DNA of 64,000 nucleotides from Octopus sinensis. Its lineage: Eukaryota. The DNA is taken from contig NC_043001.1 in NCBI RefSeq assembly GCF_006345805.1, forward strand, positions 15,252,001 to 15,316,000, read 5' to 3'. The first letter of the stretch is position 1; each line of letters opens with the position of its first letter. Below, piece by piece: positions 37,506-52,127 of the stretch. The notes beneath the pieces were generated by a model. It ran no database searches and was not told where the DNA came from. It saw nothing but the letters and a program-made list of their open reading frames with translations. A program made the translations under genes and the position numbers.

Positions 37506-37789
37506 CAGTGGCGGACTCGGTCTAAAAATATTGGTTGCCAGGAGACTAAGGGGGCCCACCCTCAACTACAATTTTTTTTTCTTTTTTTGTTAAAAGTATT
37601 CTTTTCAACTGTCTACAAACACAGCCACGCTGAAATAATTAATGCATTCTTCCAGAAGTGAATAAAAAATTCTCAAAATTGAGGGGATGGGCCCTTTAGA
37701 TACTAACATGGGCTCCCATATATGGATTCTAATGGCGTAGGGGCCCACTTGCCATCGGGCAAGCTGGCAACCTGACCAGTCTGCCACTG
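37506..37789. mobile_element. hAT-type MITE, second family
   Basis: TIRs CAGTGGCGGACT / AGTCTGCCACTG; perfect 8-bp TSD ACTGAAGT at 37498-505 and 37790-97. Confidence 0.92.
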
Positions 37790-38511
37790 ACTGAAGTAAT
37801 ACCAGAAATGACAAAGGAAAGCCTGCAACAAAGCAAAAAAAGAATACAACCCCAATTTTACATTTTAAAAGGACAATGCTGCACACACCTCAGGGCCTCA
37901 AATGCATCTGGTGGTGCAGTAGATGCACATATAAAATTGCTGAAAGCAAGATAGTGGTTTTTAACTAAGGGATAAGATCACAGATTTGGGGAGAAAGGCA
38001 CAGTGGATCAACTGACCTAAGTACCTTATCCAAGTATCCATGTGAAGTTGTGTGACTAAGTGGCTAGACTACTTGGCTCATGAACATAATGTCGTGAGTT
38101 CAATATTCAGTAGGGTGTTGTATCCTCAGGCAAGACACTGTATTTCATGTTAGTCCACTCAGCTGGCAAAAATGAGTAGTGCCTGTAGTATTTCAAAGGG
38201 CCTTGTCACATTCTGTGTCATGCTGAATATCCCTGACAACTACATTAAGGGTACACATGTCTGTGGAGTACTCGTTAATTGTATATTAATTTCACGAGCA
38301 AGCTGTTCTGTTGATCAGATCAACTGGAACCCTCATCATTGTAACTGATGGGGTGTTAGTTTAGCCAGTTGTCTATCTTATCAACTCTCAATGATGAAAA
38401 TAAAAGGACAATTCCAATGGGATCTGAACTCACAATGTAAGGAAATGCAACTCAATAACACAAAGAGTCCATCAAGCATTTTACCTTTTATAATCAATAA
38501 TAATAATTATT

Positions 38512-38727
38512 TCTACTCTTGGCACAAGGCCCTGAAAAGTTTGGGGGAAGGGGGCTAGTTGATTATATCGACCCCAGTGCATAACTGGTACTTATATCTC
38601 ATCAACCCCGAAAGGATGAAAGGCAAAGTTGACCTTGGCAGAATTTGAACTCAAAACATAGCGGCAGACGAAATGCTGCTAAGCGTTTTGCCTGGCGTGC
38701 TAATGATTCTGCCAGCTGGCCACCTTC
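38512..38727 (-). mobile_element. SINE family A
   Basis: Reverse-complement A-family body. Confidence 0.85.
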
Positions 38728-39171
38728 AATAATCAATAATAATAATGTTAAATAATAATAATGTTAAAAAAAAAAAGTGGGGAAGCAAAAAACAAACTAA
38801 CTAAACAAATAGAACAGAATGCAATGGATAAAGTTACTACTGGACAACAAACTAAAATTCCATCTTTCTCTCTCTCTAAACTTGTCTTATTCTTTCTTTC
38901 TCTAGTTACCAAGAAAATGTGAGAGCGGTAAGAAATTTCGGAGGGAGCAGGTTAATCAATTAATTGCCTCTAGTTCTGGGGCGGGATTAATTTAATGGGA
39001 CTTTATTTTATCAACCCCGAAAGGATGAAAGGCAGTTATCCTCAGCAGGATTAGAACTCATATAAATATAAAAAACCTCTGGAAAAAAAAAAAAACCCAA
39101 AAGGTATTTTGCCTGATGTGCTAATGATTCTACCATCCTTTCTACATTCTTTTGTTTATTTATACATACAT

Positions 39172-39207
<36 letters not shown>

Positions 39208-42152
39208 TTATACATACATACATATATATATATGTGTGTGTATACCATTTCATTCAAAGCATTGAATAAATCCGGTTATCACCCTCCTCCTCCCCTCTCA
39301 ATGGAAGCTTCTCTTTCTATTGCCTTCTTTCTCACATTTGCTAATCCCCACCCGCTCTCTCTCTCTCTCCCTCTCATTGCTGGCTGTTTTCTGTTGTCTA
39401 GAATTCTCTTTGTAAACTTCACTTCATGTCCAGCTAAATTATGCTCAGCCAAAACCAAACCCATTTCTTTGCATTTTCATTGTACATTGCAAACTCAGCA
39501 AATGTACTTGGTCCTTGAGAGTAGAGGACATCTTAAGAGACGTTCTATAAACTGTGATTCTGTGTTACAATGATAATATCACCAAAAGAGCTACATCCGC
39601 ATTTATTGGGTGTCACTTTGGGACCTGCAACTCTGATTCTCAATCAATCAATCAAAGCATTTCTACTTTGCCCAGCTTCCATTCCCACCAAGTGGTAGCT
39701 GTTCACTTGCCAGCATTTCCACCGGTTGGCTGTAGTTTGCTTTCTCTCACAAAGTCATTCTTCCTTCACTTGGCATGTCAAACTGCCTCCTGAGACAATC
39801 AGTTCTACATTGCATCTAATTCCTCTTATACCCAGCTTTTAATTTCAATTCAACTAGCAGACTATGCTCACCTTATTTCCATCCATTGCATATGTTAGTG
39901 CATGTATGTGTGTGTGTGTGTGTGAGAGAGAGAAAAAGAGAGAGATTATGAATGTAGGTATGACCAATTGATTAAGATGTTCTCTTCCCAAATATAAGAA
40001 GTCCTAGGTTCAATCTCACTGTACATGGCATCTTAGACAAGTGCCTTCTGTTCAAGCCTCAGGTCAACCAAAAACATTTTGCATGGAATTTGGGGTACTG
40101 ATTTGGGGAGAAAGGTACTGTGGATCAACTGACCTAAGTACTTTATCCAGGTATCCATGTGAAGACATGTGACTAAGTGGTTAGAGTATTTGGCTAATGA
40201 ACATAAGGTCATGAGTTCAATATCCAGTAGGGTGTTGTATCCTCAGGCAAGACACTTGATTTCACATTGCTCCAGTCCACTCAGCCAGCAAAAATGAGTA
40301 GTACCTGTATTTCAAAGGACCTTGTCACATACTGACCTCAGTACTTATTTTAGTAGTTTTGTATCTGTTTTAATGTTTTCTATTTATCACTGTAGCATGA
40401 CCAAGTGGTTAAAAAATTGGCTTTGCAATCAAAGGGTCTTGAGTTCAATCCTGTTGAGCGGCAGCTTCTACCATAGCTTCAGCTTAACTCAAGCACTGCA
40501 AGTGAAGTTTGGGTGATGGCAATTGTGTGAGAATGTATCATATGGACTGTAGCTGTAATTCAAAGGGCGACTTTGTATCTTAATGATTAAGCCTGAGAAT
40601 TGCTTTTAGAAGTATATGTGGAATACTCAGGCACCTACCCATGTTAATTTAGTAAATAGATAGTTCAGTAGAGTAAATAACTAAAAGTTCATTTCTGAAA
40701 CAAACAAAAAGTCCATCACCATCATCATCATTAGCAAGGGGAGAACAAAACACTTTGTGGTATTTAGTTCCAACCAAGTTACCATCCTTTGTGTTTGCCT
40801 TTCATTTCTTATAAAACCAGTAAAATAAATATCAGGCAAAATATAATAAACTAGAACCCCTAAAGGTGGTATCAGCATGGCTGTAGGTAAATAACTGAGA
40901 GTAGTAAAAATGATATAAAAGTCATTGAAAAATATGTTATCAAAAATGTTTTTTATAAATATCCAAATTATACAAAGTTTTCCTTTACTAAATGAAGCAA
41001 TGTTATATTTTAATTGCATCAGAATAAAAAAAAATTTTTTGGTAAGAACACAATTGTTATATAATATACATGATGTGTTTTTGGGGATTTTTTTTGTTTT
41101 GTGTTTAAACAGTAATGATAAATTTGGGTGTAGAAAGTATCATGTTAAACAAAAAAGAAATGAAAAGCAACTGAGAATTTGAAGACAAATATGTTTCATA
41201 AAGAATCTATATAATTCTGCTGATAGTGTGGCTCATCTGTTATACAGATGGAGCAATTATGGACAAAATGTTGTTTTTATAATGCACAAATGTCAAGGAA
41301 GTAAGATTTACAGATAAAGAGATTAACCATAATTAGCTGAGAAATATGTCTTTCTTTTAAGCTGAATATGATGCAGCTGAATTTACTCAAATCACACAGA
41401 AATCTTATGTCAGCCATCAAAATGACAGAATCTCACAAAGAAAATTACAGTTACATCTACGATAAACATACCAGAACCATTTTCTGTAGAGTCAGGGATT
41501 AAATTTCCTACAATTCAAACATCTAAATAACAAATGGAACATAGTATTCAATTCAATCTGTATAAAAACAAAAACCCCAAAAAACCCAAACTAAGAACTT
41601 AATTACACCAATTCTTTCTACCAATTGTTAACCAAATCTTGGACAATGACAATATAACCAGATTGATATCCAGCATGGAACTATGATTTTTAAAATTATA
41701 TTTTTTTTATCAAAACTGAAATTCAGACAAAACTAAGTCTATCAGTCCTACACTGTCCAGTTTGTTTATGTTTATTACTGGTTTATCAGTTTCAAAATCT
41801 GTGACATTTTAGCTTTTATACTTTTATAAGACAGTACAGATGAACATACGTGTGTGTGTGTGTGTGTTGTGTGCACACGAGCGTGCGTGCATGCGTGTGT
41901 GTCTGAATTTGTATATATTCTCAATTTTCTTATCCTGAACATGAAGATAAAAACTCTTTTAGCCAGGATATCTGTTAAGATGCTAGAATAACCAAGATCT
42001 ATTTTCAGCTCTAAGATAGTTCATATAAATTAGAGCTGACAATAAAAAGTCATAGTAATTTATCCTTAAAACATTACTGTTTTATACATATGTAAAACAG
42101 TATACACACACATACATTATATATATTATACACACACACACATTATATATAA

Positions 42153-42525
42153 TCATCATCGTTTAACGTCTGTTTTCCATGCTAGCATGGGTTGGATGGT
42201 TCGACCAGGGTCTGGGAAGCCAGGAAGCTGCACCAGGCCCAGTCTGATTTGGAAGTATTTCTACATATGGATGCCCTTCCTAACGCCAATCACTCTGTGC
42301 TTTTTACGTGCCACCAGCACAGGTGCCAGGTGAGGCTGGCAACGGCTACGATTGGTTGGTGCTTTTTATGTGCCACCGGCACAGAAGCCAGTCAAGGTGG
42401 TGCTGGCATTGGCCACATTTGGATAGGGCTTTTTATATGCCACTGGCACGGGTATCACAACTACAATTTCCATTTGATTTTTATTTTGATTTGATGTACT
42501 TGACTCAATAGGTCTCCTCAAGCAC
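42153..42525 (-). mobile_element. RTE-tail type repeat/SINE
   Basis: catcatcgtttaacgtctgttttccatgctagcatggg...gtgccaccagcacagg sub-repeats. Confidence 0.8.
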
Positions 42526-42619
42526 AATATATATATATTATACACACACAAATATATATATATATACACAAACCACATAGAATTACAAACTTACATATAT
42601 ATATATACACACATATCAT

Positions 42620-43000
42620 CATCGTGGCACTCTGTCAGTAACGACGATGAGAGTTTCAACTGATCCGATCAATGGAACAGCCAGTTCATGAAATTAATGT
42701 ACGAGTGGCTGAACACTCCACAGACAAGTCTACCCTTAATGTAGTTCTTGAGGAGATTCAGTGTGACACAGAGTATGACAAGGCCAGCCCTTTGAAATAC
42801 AGGTACAACAGAAACAGGAAGAAAGAGTGAGAGAAAGTTGTGGTGAAAGAGTACAGCAGGGTTCACTACCACCCCCTGCCGGAGCCTCGTGCAGCTTTAG
42901 GCGTTTTCGCTCAAACACTCACAATGCCCAGTCTGGGAATCGAAACTGATACTACAACCACGAGTCCGCTTCCCTAACCACTGGGCCATTGCGCCTCCAC
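42620..43000 (-). mobile_element. SINE family D
   Basis: Colinear match to 33513-33900. Confidence 0.88.
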
Positions 43001-43150
43001 ATACACACATATACATATACTACATACATAGACATGTACATACATATACCCAGCTGGATGCATGTATGAAAGGAAAAGTACTCAATACATAGAGTAAAGT
43101 TTATTCATTCATTTGATGCTGAAGCTTCACTCTCTCTTGACTAGGCTTAG

Positions 43151-43184
<34 letters not shown>

Positions 43185-43286
43185 AGATATTAAAATAATT
43201 CAGCACCATTAACAATACACAATGAATAAAAAAATATAAATTATTAACCTATTTGAAATGTTAAAACAAAACAAAACAAATGTATA

Positions 43287-43336
<50 letters not shown>

Positions 43337-46300
43337 ATTGAACTTTACATGTTAAAACTGCCACTTGATGTCAAGATAGAAAAGTCTGTTCTATCAGTCA
43401 ATGACATTATCAAGGGAAAGGCCTACCACAGCCACTCTGATGGCAGCCATCACAAAACTGATTATCCCATAAAACAAGGGAACAAGCCAAAAAAGAGAAA
43501 GAAAAAAACAGAAAAAGAAATATAAAATAAAAAGTGTGTCAAACAGCAAAAGAATGAAATGAAATGAAATTCAAGTAGGTGAGTGATAAGGGAATCTAGT
43601 CTTGTGGGGGAGTGAGTGATAACAGCCTTGTGCTGGGGAATGAGTGATAACAAATAAAGGGGACAATATAAAGGGGACTGCAATATAACAAGAGATATCA
43701 GAATGGAAATGAACTAAAACCCTTAATTAATGATACTGTCCAAGAGATATGGAATAATAGAGCTGCAAGCACATAACTACATCATCATACAGAACATTTT
43801 TTTCCTTCTTTTATTTTCCTAATTTTGAATATCTAATCAGCAATTTAAATATATTACAGTCCAAAGGATATTATTTCCTTGGCACTGTCAATTATTGCCA
43901 TTCCATTTTCAAAGAATAAGCATTCCATTCCTGAAGTTATGAACTCACTTTACCCCTATTTCTTTCATGTTCAAAAACCAATGCCAGCATCATTTAAAGC
44001 TCACACAAACAAGTGCGAGATTATATTATTCTGGTGTAGCTTCTATAGTTGTAGTTTTCAACATTCAGAGAAAACATTTCCGTAATCTCTCTGCTCTCTA
44101 CAAATTCCATATCTCTTTATTTTGGTGATTCTTTTGCATATTTGGAAATATTCTTTCTCATTTTTGCCACAAGATCAGCAATTTTGAAGAAAGAAAGAAC
44201 TCAATTACATCGATCGCAGTGCTCAACAGTAACTTACTTTATTGACTCCAAAAAGGATGAAAAACTAAGCTGACCTTGGCAAAATTTGAACTCAGAACCA
44301 AAGCCCAGAAGAAATGGCAGTAAATATTTTGCCCAGCATGCTAATGAGTCTGCCAGAAATATATAATTTATTAATTCTTGTTTACTGAGTAACCTTTTGA
44401 TTAAAAGCATTCTACCAAAGATGTAATGTATATAAAACTTATTCAAGTTTTTTTTTTTTTTGAAAGATGATGAAGTGTGATTTATGCAAGATTTGCCTGC
44501 TGTTTCTAGCAAGCTCAGTGATCACAACAACACTTTTTGATTAACCTAAATACAAATATTTGTACCAAGTAAACTCAATATCTTGCAATAAGTAATGCAG
44601 ACCAGTTATTAAGATTCGATAGAAGTATTGTAATTGAGCTGATAAAATGAAGTTCTCAGATCCCACCACTGGAATTAACTTATCACAATTATAATACTTC
44701 GTATTTTGGAGTCAATGACTATCGAAAAGGTTGCAAGATACAATGAAAATTTTAGGGAAAATAAATAAGTAAATGAGTGGAAACTTTATCAGTGAGTGTG
44801 TTAAATAATAAGGAACTAAAAGAGAATGACTCTCCCCGCAAACACAACAGTTATAATAAAACTGCTGGTATTTGTCATATCAGATTATAAACTGACTTTA
44901 CTTTCAGTTGAACCTACTGAGAGAGATTTAGATTCTTTTTTTTTATCAGAATTATGTATTACTATGTATAATAATGTTGTAGAAGGCATGTGGCCTAGGG
45001 GTTAGGATGCTGAACTCATGATCGTAAGATCATGGGTTTGATTCCCGGATAAGGTGGCATGTTGTGTTCTTGAGCCAAACACATTACTCTGTGATCATTT
45101 CAACATCTGATGTGTGGCACACTTGTGCACCTGTACAGGCCATGTTGATTCGATGGAGGGAGTGGGCTAATGTACAGCATGTACAATGTCAATTGTAAGA
45201 GCAATAAATCATCGCCAAAAATATAAACAATTAAACTGAACAGTCTGTCTGTGCTACTTAGACTTGAACAATACACAAAATCTATAGCTCAGAACATCTA
45301 CAGTCTGTCTTTTATTTGTTTATGTCATCAGACTGTGGCCATGCTAGGGCACTGCCTTGAAATGTTTGAGTGAACAAATTAACTGAGTACTTATTTTTTA
45401 AAAGTCTGCTTTAAAAATGAGTTCTCATTTTTTTTTATTGTGGTCTCTTTTGCTATACTGCTAAGTCACAGAGACATGAATAAACAGACATCAGCTACCA
45501 AGTGGTGGTGGTGGTGGTGGACAAACACACACACACATTATATAATAAGTTGCTACACAGTTTCTGGGCACCAAATTCACTCACAATGCTTTAGTTAGCC
45601 CAGGGCTATAGTAGAAAACACCTGTTGCCGAAGGTGTGGAGCAGCAGAACTGAGTCTGAAACCACATGGTGGCAACATAGAATAAAAATTATTAAAAATT
45701 CTAAGTCTCTCAATCTCTGATAATCTTCCTTAGTGACCATACAGTCCACAGTACAAACTCCATTGAAAAGACAAGCTTTCCTTTCCAGCAATGAAAAATA
45801 CTTCAACTCTGTTCGATTGTTGACTGATTCTCTTTAATATTCAAGTGAGATATGTTAGAACACTACACGCACTTCACAGAAAGTGTCTGAAACAAGGTCC
45901 TCCAACTGATTGGCATAAATTCATTTACCAACACACTACAACCACAAGCTTTCAGATTTGCTGTCTCTTCATATAACTTCATCATTTTGGCACTAAAAGC
46001 TCAAAATCTGCTGAGGTCAACTTTGCCTTTCATCCTTTCGGGGTCAATAAATTAAGTAAGTGATCAACTTACTCCCTTCCCACAAATTTCAGGCCTTGTA
46101 CCTATAGTAGAAAGGATTATTTTGGTGCTAAAACAACATCAACAGGTGGTAATAATGGAGGTTGGAAAATGAAATATATCATTGTGTTTCTTGCCTCTTA
46201 TATTCCTGTTAAATTTCAATTTACTGCTCTTTTTCATTATCTTCTCACCAATTCACTGTGCCATGCTGCCTGTGCATAGAAGAATGGCATTTGTTCTGTC

Positions 46301-48842
46301 AGTAGTCAATCCCTCCATCTTCCTGGCACATTGGAAGGCTGCACCAGGTTCCAGTCTGATTTGGCATTGTTTTCTACAGTTGGATGCCTTTCCTAACAAC
46401 AACCACTCCGAGAGTGTAGAGGGTGCTTTTATGTGCCATTAGCACAGGCGCCATTTCGGTAACACTTGGGTGCTTTTACATGCCACCAGCATGGGTGCCA
46501 ATTTGCATGACATCAGTATCTGCCATAGGTTGATGGGTGGTCTTCTCAAGTACGACATAATGCCAAAGGTCTCGGTCATTGCCTGCGTGAGGCCTAATCA
46601 ATGTAACACAATAAGTAACAAGACTGGACATTTGGATCTGAGCTACAATCCAGCCAATGAACTTCTACAGATTCCATCCACCCAATTTAACTCACATCTC
46701 AAGTCAGCCCAAAACTACAATAAAAGACACTTGCCAAAGATACCCTGCAAACTTTAACCACTTTGCCATGCTACATGAATAAACCACATGATCATGTCAA
46801 TGACCAAACTATCAGCTTTTGTTATACATCACTGATTACAATGTGCTTTGTATCATTCTAGCTTTTGGATGATGCCACCCAGCTGGCCAGGCAAGCATGA
46901 CAACATTCCCTCTGATCGGAAGACTAATCCGTCACAGAGTGACCCATGTAACAGCTGAGTGGACTGCAGCAATGTGAAATGAAGTGTTTTGCTCAAGAAC
47001 ACAAAATTCAGCTTGTCTGGGAATTGAAACCACAATCTCAGGATCATGAGTGCAACACACCTAATCACTAGGCCATGCACCTTCACATTAATAAATAGGG
47101 AATAATAAAACAAATACAAGACTAAAATAAGCACCAGGGTCAATACAATACACGAAGACCCTCGACATCAGTACTTGAGCATGATCCCTATCCAAAGACC
47201 AAAATTAATAAAAAGAATTTTAATTACTCTTTTGATGATATGGTAGCAGAAATGAAGTAAGATTGACTCTGGCTTCAGATTTAAAAAGCTTCTCTCATGA
47301 GAAGCTTTTATAATTATAAATGTTTCATAGCAATTTCACAACATGTATTAATGTCTGGATAATTATAAAACATAAATTTACATTGTTGCTTTAAGTTGTA
47401 TGATAATCTGTATTGAGAATGATATTTTTGAGGAAATAAGTGTAAAGTCTGTGTGACATGCCATAAAAGCAGGTCACATTTGAAAACTAATCTAAATTCA
47501 AAATTTATGATGAAAAAACCAAATACAACTGACAGTAGAGACAGAGGAAGAGAGATGTTTGAAATTTTACTGTAATAAGGAAGAACATTAGCTGATAAAT
47601 AAATTATTTATCAGAAGAATCACCAAAAAGCAAAAGAAAGAGTAGTAAAGAAACAGCATGATATATGCAAAATCCAGCTTGGTAAGGGAAGATATAAAGA
47701 AAGTAATTTCTGATGAGAAACAAGAGTAATAGAAAATAGGGAAATATATAGCTATTACAGAAAGACAACATAAATGCAAGTCTGCATATTTTCATAGAGA
47801 GGAACCTACGTCTCATACTGTCAAAAATGGACAGTTGAAATAGAATACAGCAATGTAAACACTCCCACGTATTTTGTTTTATATATATGTATATATATAT
47901 ATATATATACTTGTAGAAGTAATTATAATACTGGTTTCTTTGTATATAACTAATATGATTAGTTTGTATTGAGTTTTAACATTCATAAAATGAATAAGGG
48001 AAAATATTTAAAGCCATTTTGTGAAAGCTATTTTTTTTTTTTTAATTTCCTAGTGCAGAAAATAAGCAAAAACAGCGAATAAAGTGAAATAAAGATGAGT
48101 TTAGAAATCAAGTGCAAAGTTTGATAAGTCTGTAAAAAACAACTGCATTTCTCTCCCAACTAAAAACACTATAGACATTATTTAGGTCAGTTAATTTTTA
48201 ATACACACAGCTGCAAACAGACATACACTAACAGTAACAGAATACTTAGTCGGTAGAAAGTTGGACACTGGATGTAACAAAAAGGAGCTGATGTCGACAG
48301 ATCCAGACACTGCTAAACTGTGAGAATGAAAACAGTTTAAATTCATTTTTAGATTAATTAGATGATAATCTGCAAGATAATTGATATAACTATTAGCTCC
48401 TGTTGGATATTAATTTTTCTCAGATTACTTATCTTTGTAATTGTAGACGTTTATTAGTCTAAGAGGTTCTCAGTGTCTTTCACTTTCCAAAGGTTAATAG
48501 ATTAGGTATTCAAATCAATTAATCAACTATACTCTATATGGTAATGTTCCAGCATGGCCTTAGATCAATAAAAATAAAAGAATATCTACTCTGCATATAT
48601 TTTTCTGTTTGATGAAATATTCACCACGAGCTTCAGGGATGATATTTCTAAATATAGACATATCTATCAGCTCACAAATCTTTATTTGTAAGACATTTAT
48701 TTGCAGTTATCATTTAGTGGTAAGGCAACAAAGTGTTAAACTACCAATTAAAGGTCAATGGATCAGAATATTAATATTCTATGTTATAAATTAAGTTCTG
48801 TGAGCTCAATTCTAGCTTAAAGATAGTTAAAAACTCTGATCA

Positions 48843-49765
48843 TTGCCAATCATTGCCAATCTGTCCCTTATGGGCAGTAACAAAAATCATGGCCATCTCC
48901 AAACTGCTTGCTTTGATTGGGATAAAGCAAACTGGAATTCTTACTGCACTGAGCTACAGTGCCCAAACTGGCTGGAATTTTACAACTCCGGAGATGTGAA
49001 CACTATACTTCAGAACATATTGAATCCAATATGGAAAGCATGTGCAGCATCGGTACCACGTATGCACAAAAAACCTCCCAAAAGTGCAATTTGGGAGACT
49101 GCAGCAGTCAGACTTGCCAGGAAAGAATGTCGTAATGCTGAACGGGAATACAAACTGCATAAATCAAATATAAATAGAAAAAAGTACAATAAATCATCCA
49201 ACCATCTCAAGCAGGTGACAAAAAGGGCAGCGCTTGAATCTGGATGGTGCATAGCAACCAACCCTGACAGTAAGGTGTTCTGGAAATATGTACATTCAAA
49301 GCAGAGACCTCACCCTCCAGTTGTACCTTGAGATAAAAAGGTCAGATCCTGAACATTATAGACCTTTCCTGCAATCGGACCTGGACACAATGTAGCAATG
49401 GATCATAGACTGGCAACTCAAGCTGGCTGTAGACAAGTGTACCACCATGCATTTTGAGAGGGAAAACTCAGCGTCCACATACTCCCTCCACTACACTAAT
49501 ATCAAGAAGTCTTCTTGTGAACGTGACCTGGGCATTACTGTCAGCAGCGATTTGCACTGGACAAAACATCTCTAGAATTGTCAAGAAGGCTGAGGGTGTC
49601 TTGGCATCACTCAGAAAGATCTTTGTCAGCCGCTTTCCAGCTATCTGTTTAAGGCTGTATATGGCTATGGTGCAGCCACACTTGGAATTTGCATCACCAG
49701 TCTGGAACTCCTACCTTCCTAAGAACATTGACCTCCTGGAAACTGTTCAGAGACATGTAACGCAA
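48843..49765 (+). mobile_element. CR1/L2-group LINE ORF2 fragment with the RT core deleted
   Basis: FDWDKANW...KVFWKYVHSK (EN-RT linker) joined to W.IDWQLKLAVDKC...ERDLGITVSSDLHW...RPHLEFASPVWN-like YMAMVQPHLEFASPVWNSYLPKNIDLLETVQR. Confidence 0.9.
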
Positions 49766-50224
49766 GTTACTTCCTTGCACCCTACCCCAACTAACCATCA
49801 CATATGTGAACCTCTTTCTGAAACAAATTCAAGGCAACTTTACTTCACAAATAAAACTTTACCTAACAAAGCCAATATTTTGTTGTTTTTACATGGACCA
49901 CCACCCCATTATCGCCCCAATTTTTACATGAATTGCTACCCCATCTTCTCCTAACTTTTCTTCAATGCCCCCTTGGAACTTTCCACCACCACCAGGGGGG
50001 CAATACCGCCCACTTTGGGAACCACTGTTTTATAATCTCCATGTTTTCAGAAATTCACGAGCTGAGAGAAGACTCCAGAGAGCTAATATTCTGAAGGGAA
50101 AAGGCTTGCACAATGAGGTTAGTGTAGGGGAGAGAATGGATGCAACAAGGGTGAGGAAAGATACGTGGAGCATCTGAGCACCTGAGTGGTGGATATATAA
50201 GACCAGCTAGCTCTGAGGAGTAAA

Positions 50225-50760
50225 AACCATTACAGTAGCAATAGAAAGATAATGACTAGTGGATCAGAGGCTGAAGATGTCCAGTAAAGATGGGATGCAA
50301 AGCAGCTGAGTGACTCTTCTCTGGATGCAGTCCAGGATATCAATATGCATAGTAACAGAATTCCATTATTTAAGCCTTGTAGAGTGTCAGCAGCTGTTGG
50401 GGACTGAAATATCTTCAAGTCCCAAGGGGCCATTCTTTGGTTGAGGTCCTAGCTATGCTAAGAATTTGTTTTTACCAGGAAAAGATCCTTGGTGATAATG
50501 AGGCCCAGCACTGAGAGTGACTGTGAGGGCTCTGTCTGAGAGTTGCTCATGGTTAAAGGGGTTGTGATACAGTGGTGGTTTTCTTTTATATGAATAGCGC
50601 TAAAATTTTTTGGCTGTTAAAGGGACCAGATTGGCACGACCTCATTGGCATGACCTCACTGGAGGATGCTCTCAAGGCTTCCATTTATAGAGTCAATGCA
50701 GGTTTTGGATGTGGTAACTGAGTTGTGCATGGATGATGCATGATTAGGAAAGATTAGGGT
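50225..50760 (-). mobile_element. L2/Jockey-group LINE RT C-terminal fragment
   Basis: Minus strand SINGSLESILQ*G...QSLSVLGLIITKDL...YFSPQQLLTLYKA with frameshifts. Confidence 0.7.
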
Positions 50761-51877
50761 CACTTATTTGCATAAAATATTCAATGCTGGGTGTGGCAGC
50801 AATTAGATAATTGATGCTTAGCAGGAAAAAGGGGTGCAAAACCAAACCCTAAGAAACAAATAAGCTGACCTTCATAATAGTTCTGAGATTTTAGAACATT
50901 TAACAATAAAACCTGAAAATTAAACCCTTGTCTTCACTGAGCTTAATATATGAGAATATTTTATTAACATTTCTTTTATTTCTGTAGGTATTTTATAACA
51001 AGCAGAATACAGAGTAACTTAACAGAGCAAATTTTTCCATTTTCTTTTTTTCATTGTTCTTTAAGGCAGAGATCCTTATCAGTTTCCTCAAGCCTTAAAC
51101 ATCATTCATGTCTTAATGCTGTCTTACATTAAGGGAGAAGACAGTGATATTCAGTCAAGGGCAACATACTTAGTCATATTGTTGGTACGGATAAACAAAT
51201 ATGATAACTCATTTCTTTGAAATGTTTTATAGAGGGCTAATGGTAAATATAGCGTGTAAGAATCTTTTTTGTTGAAGAAGAAAGTAATTGTGCATACATA
51301 TTTAATACATGTTGACAACAAGAACAGATGTTTATCTCGTTTTAGTTCAATGTGTGATGATGAAGAGCACAGAAGAACTAGGACACAGCAAGAGCAGGAA
51401 GAGAAATAGCTAGGATAATAACAAAGAAATATAAATGATCATTGCAAATGCTCTTTCTTAACTTTCATCTTTATTTCTTGGTATTGCTTCATAAATTGTT
51501 TAGAAACAGAAAGGCATTTTACAAAGTAGATAATAACTGAACTTTTGTATGATGAAAAAAAAAAAGTTATCAGTACACAGTAGTTTTTTCTCCTTAATGC
51601 CAAAATAAAATGTGGAAAATTAGTAGTCAGTGAAAAGATAGTTAATGGCTTTATGGAAGACAATAAATAGAATAAAGTTGAAGCAAATTAAGTAAATAGC
51701 TGCTTTAATTGACTGATGTTATTACTTTAATAATTGTGTAAACTTGAAGGAAAGATCCAAAGAAGAATTTTATAGCAATCCTTGGTGATTTTAGAGGATA
51801 AGTTATCAAGACAGCAAAACTACAGCGACAACTTTAAAATATACTTTTGTTCTTCTATGATAAGAAAAAGCTATTAA

Positions 51878-52097
51878 CCCTTTTAAAATCGACTTGCTTG
51901 AGACTGCGCCTGAAGCTATGATACAAAGCTCTTGGTTTAAAGAGATCTAAATTAATACCTTCCATTAAAATTTCATGTTCCAGACACCAGTTTCATAATA
52001 ACAATGTTATTTTGCTAAATTCTTTGTTATTTGTTATTTTTTTTAATTAATTCAAACAGAGGCAGTGTATTTCAACAGAAATATGGTAATAAAATGG
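51878..52097. mobile_element. piggyBac-like MITE (family of 5665-5883)
   Basis: TTAA flanks at 51874-77 and 52098-101; inverted similarity to 5665-5883. Confidence 0.7.
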
Positions 52098-52127
52098 TTA
52101 ATGAAGATTGTTCTTTTAAATTTAGTA

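Noticed and set aside
38906-38927. 22-nt plus-strand microexon-like segment, and similar candidates at 47615-47681 and minus 24052-24084
   Set aside because: Splice-like signals only; the peptides are unrecognisable and the phases do not chain convincingly
39109-39573. 154-aa ORF and other ORFs rich in HT/YI/CV dipeptides
   Set aside because: Translations of microsatellites and SINE bodies
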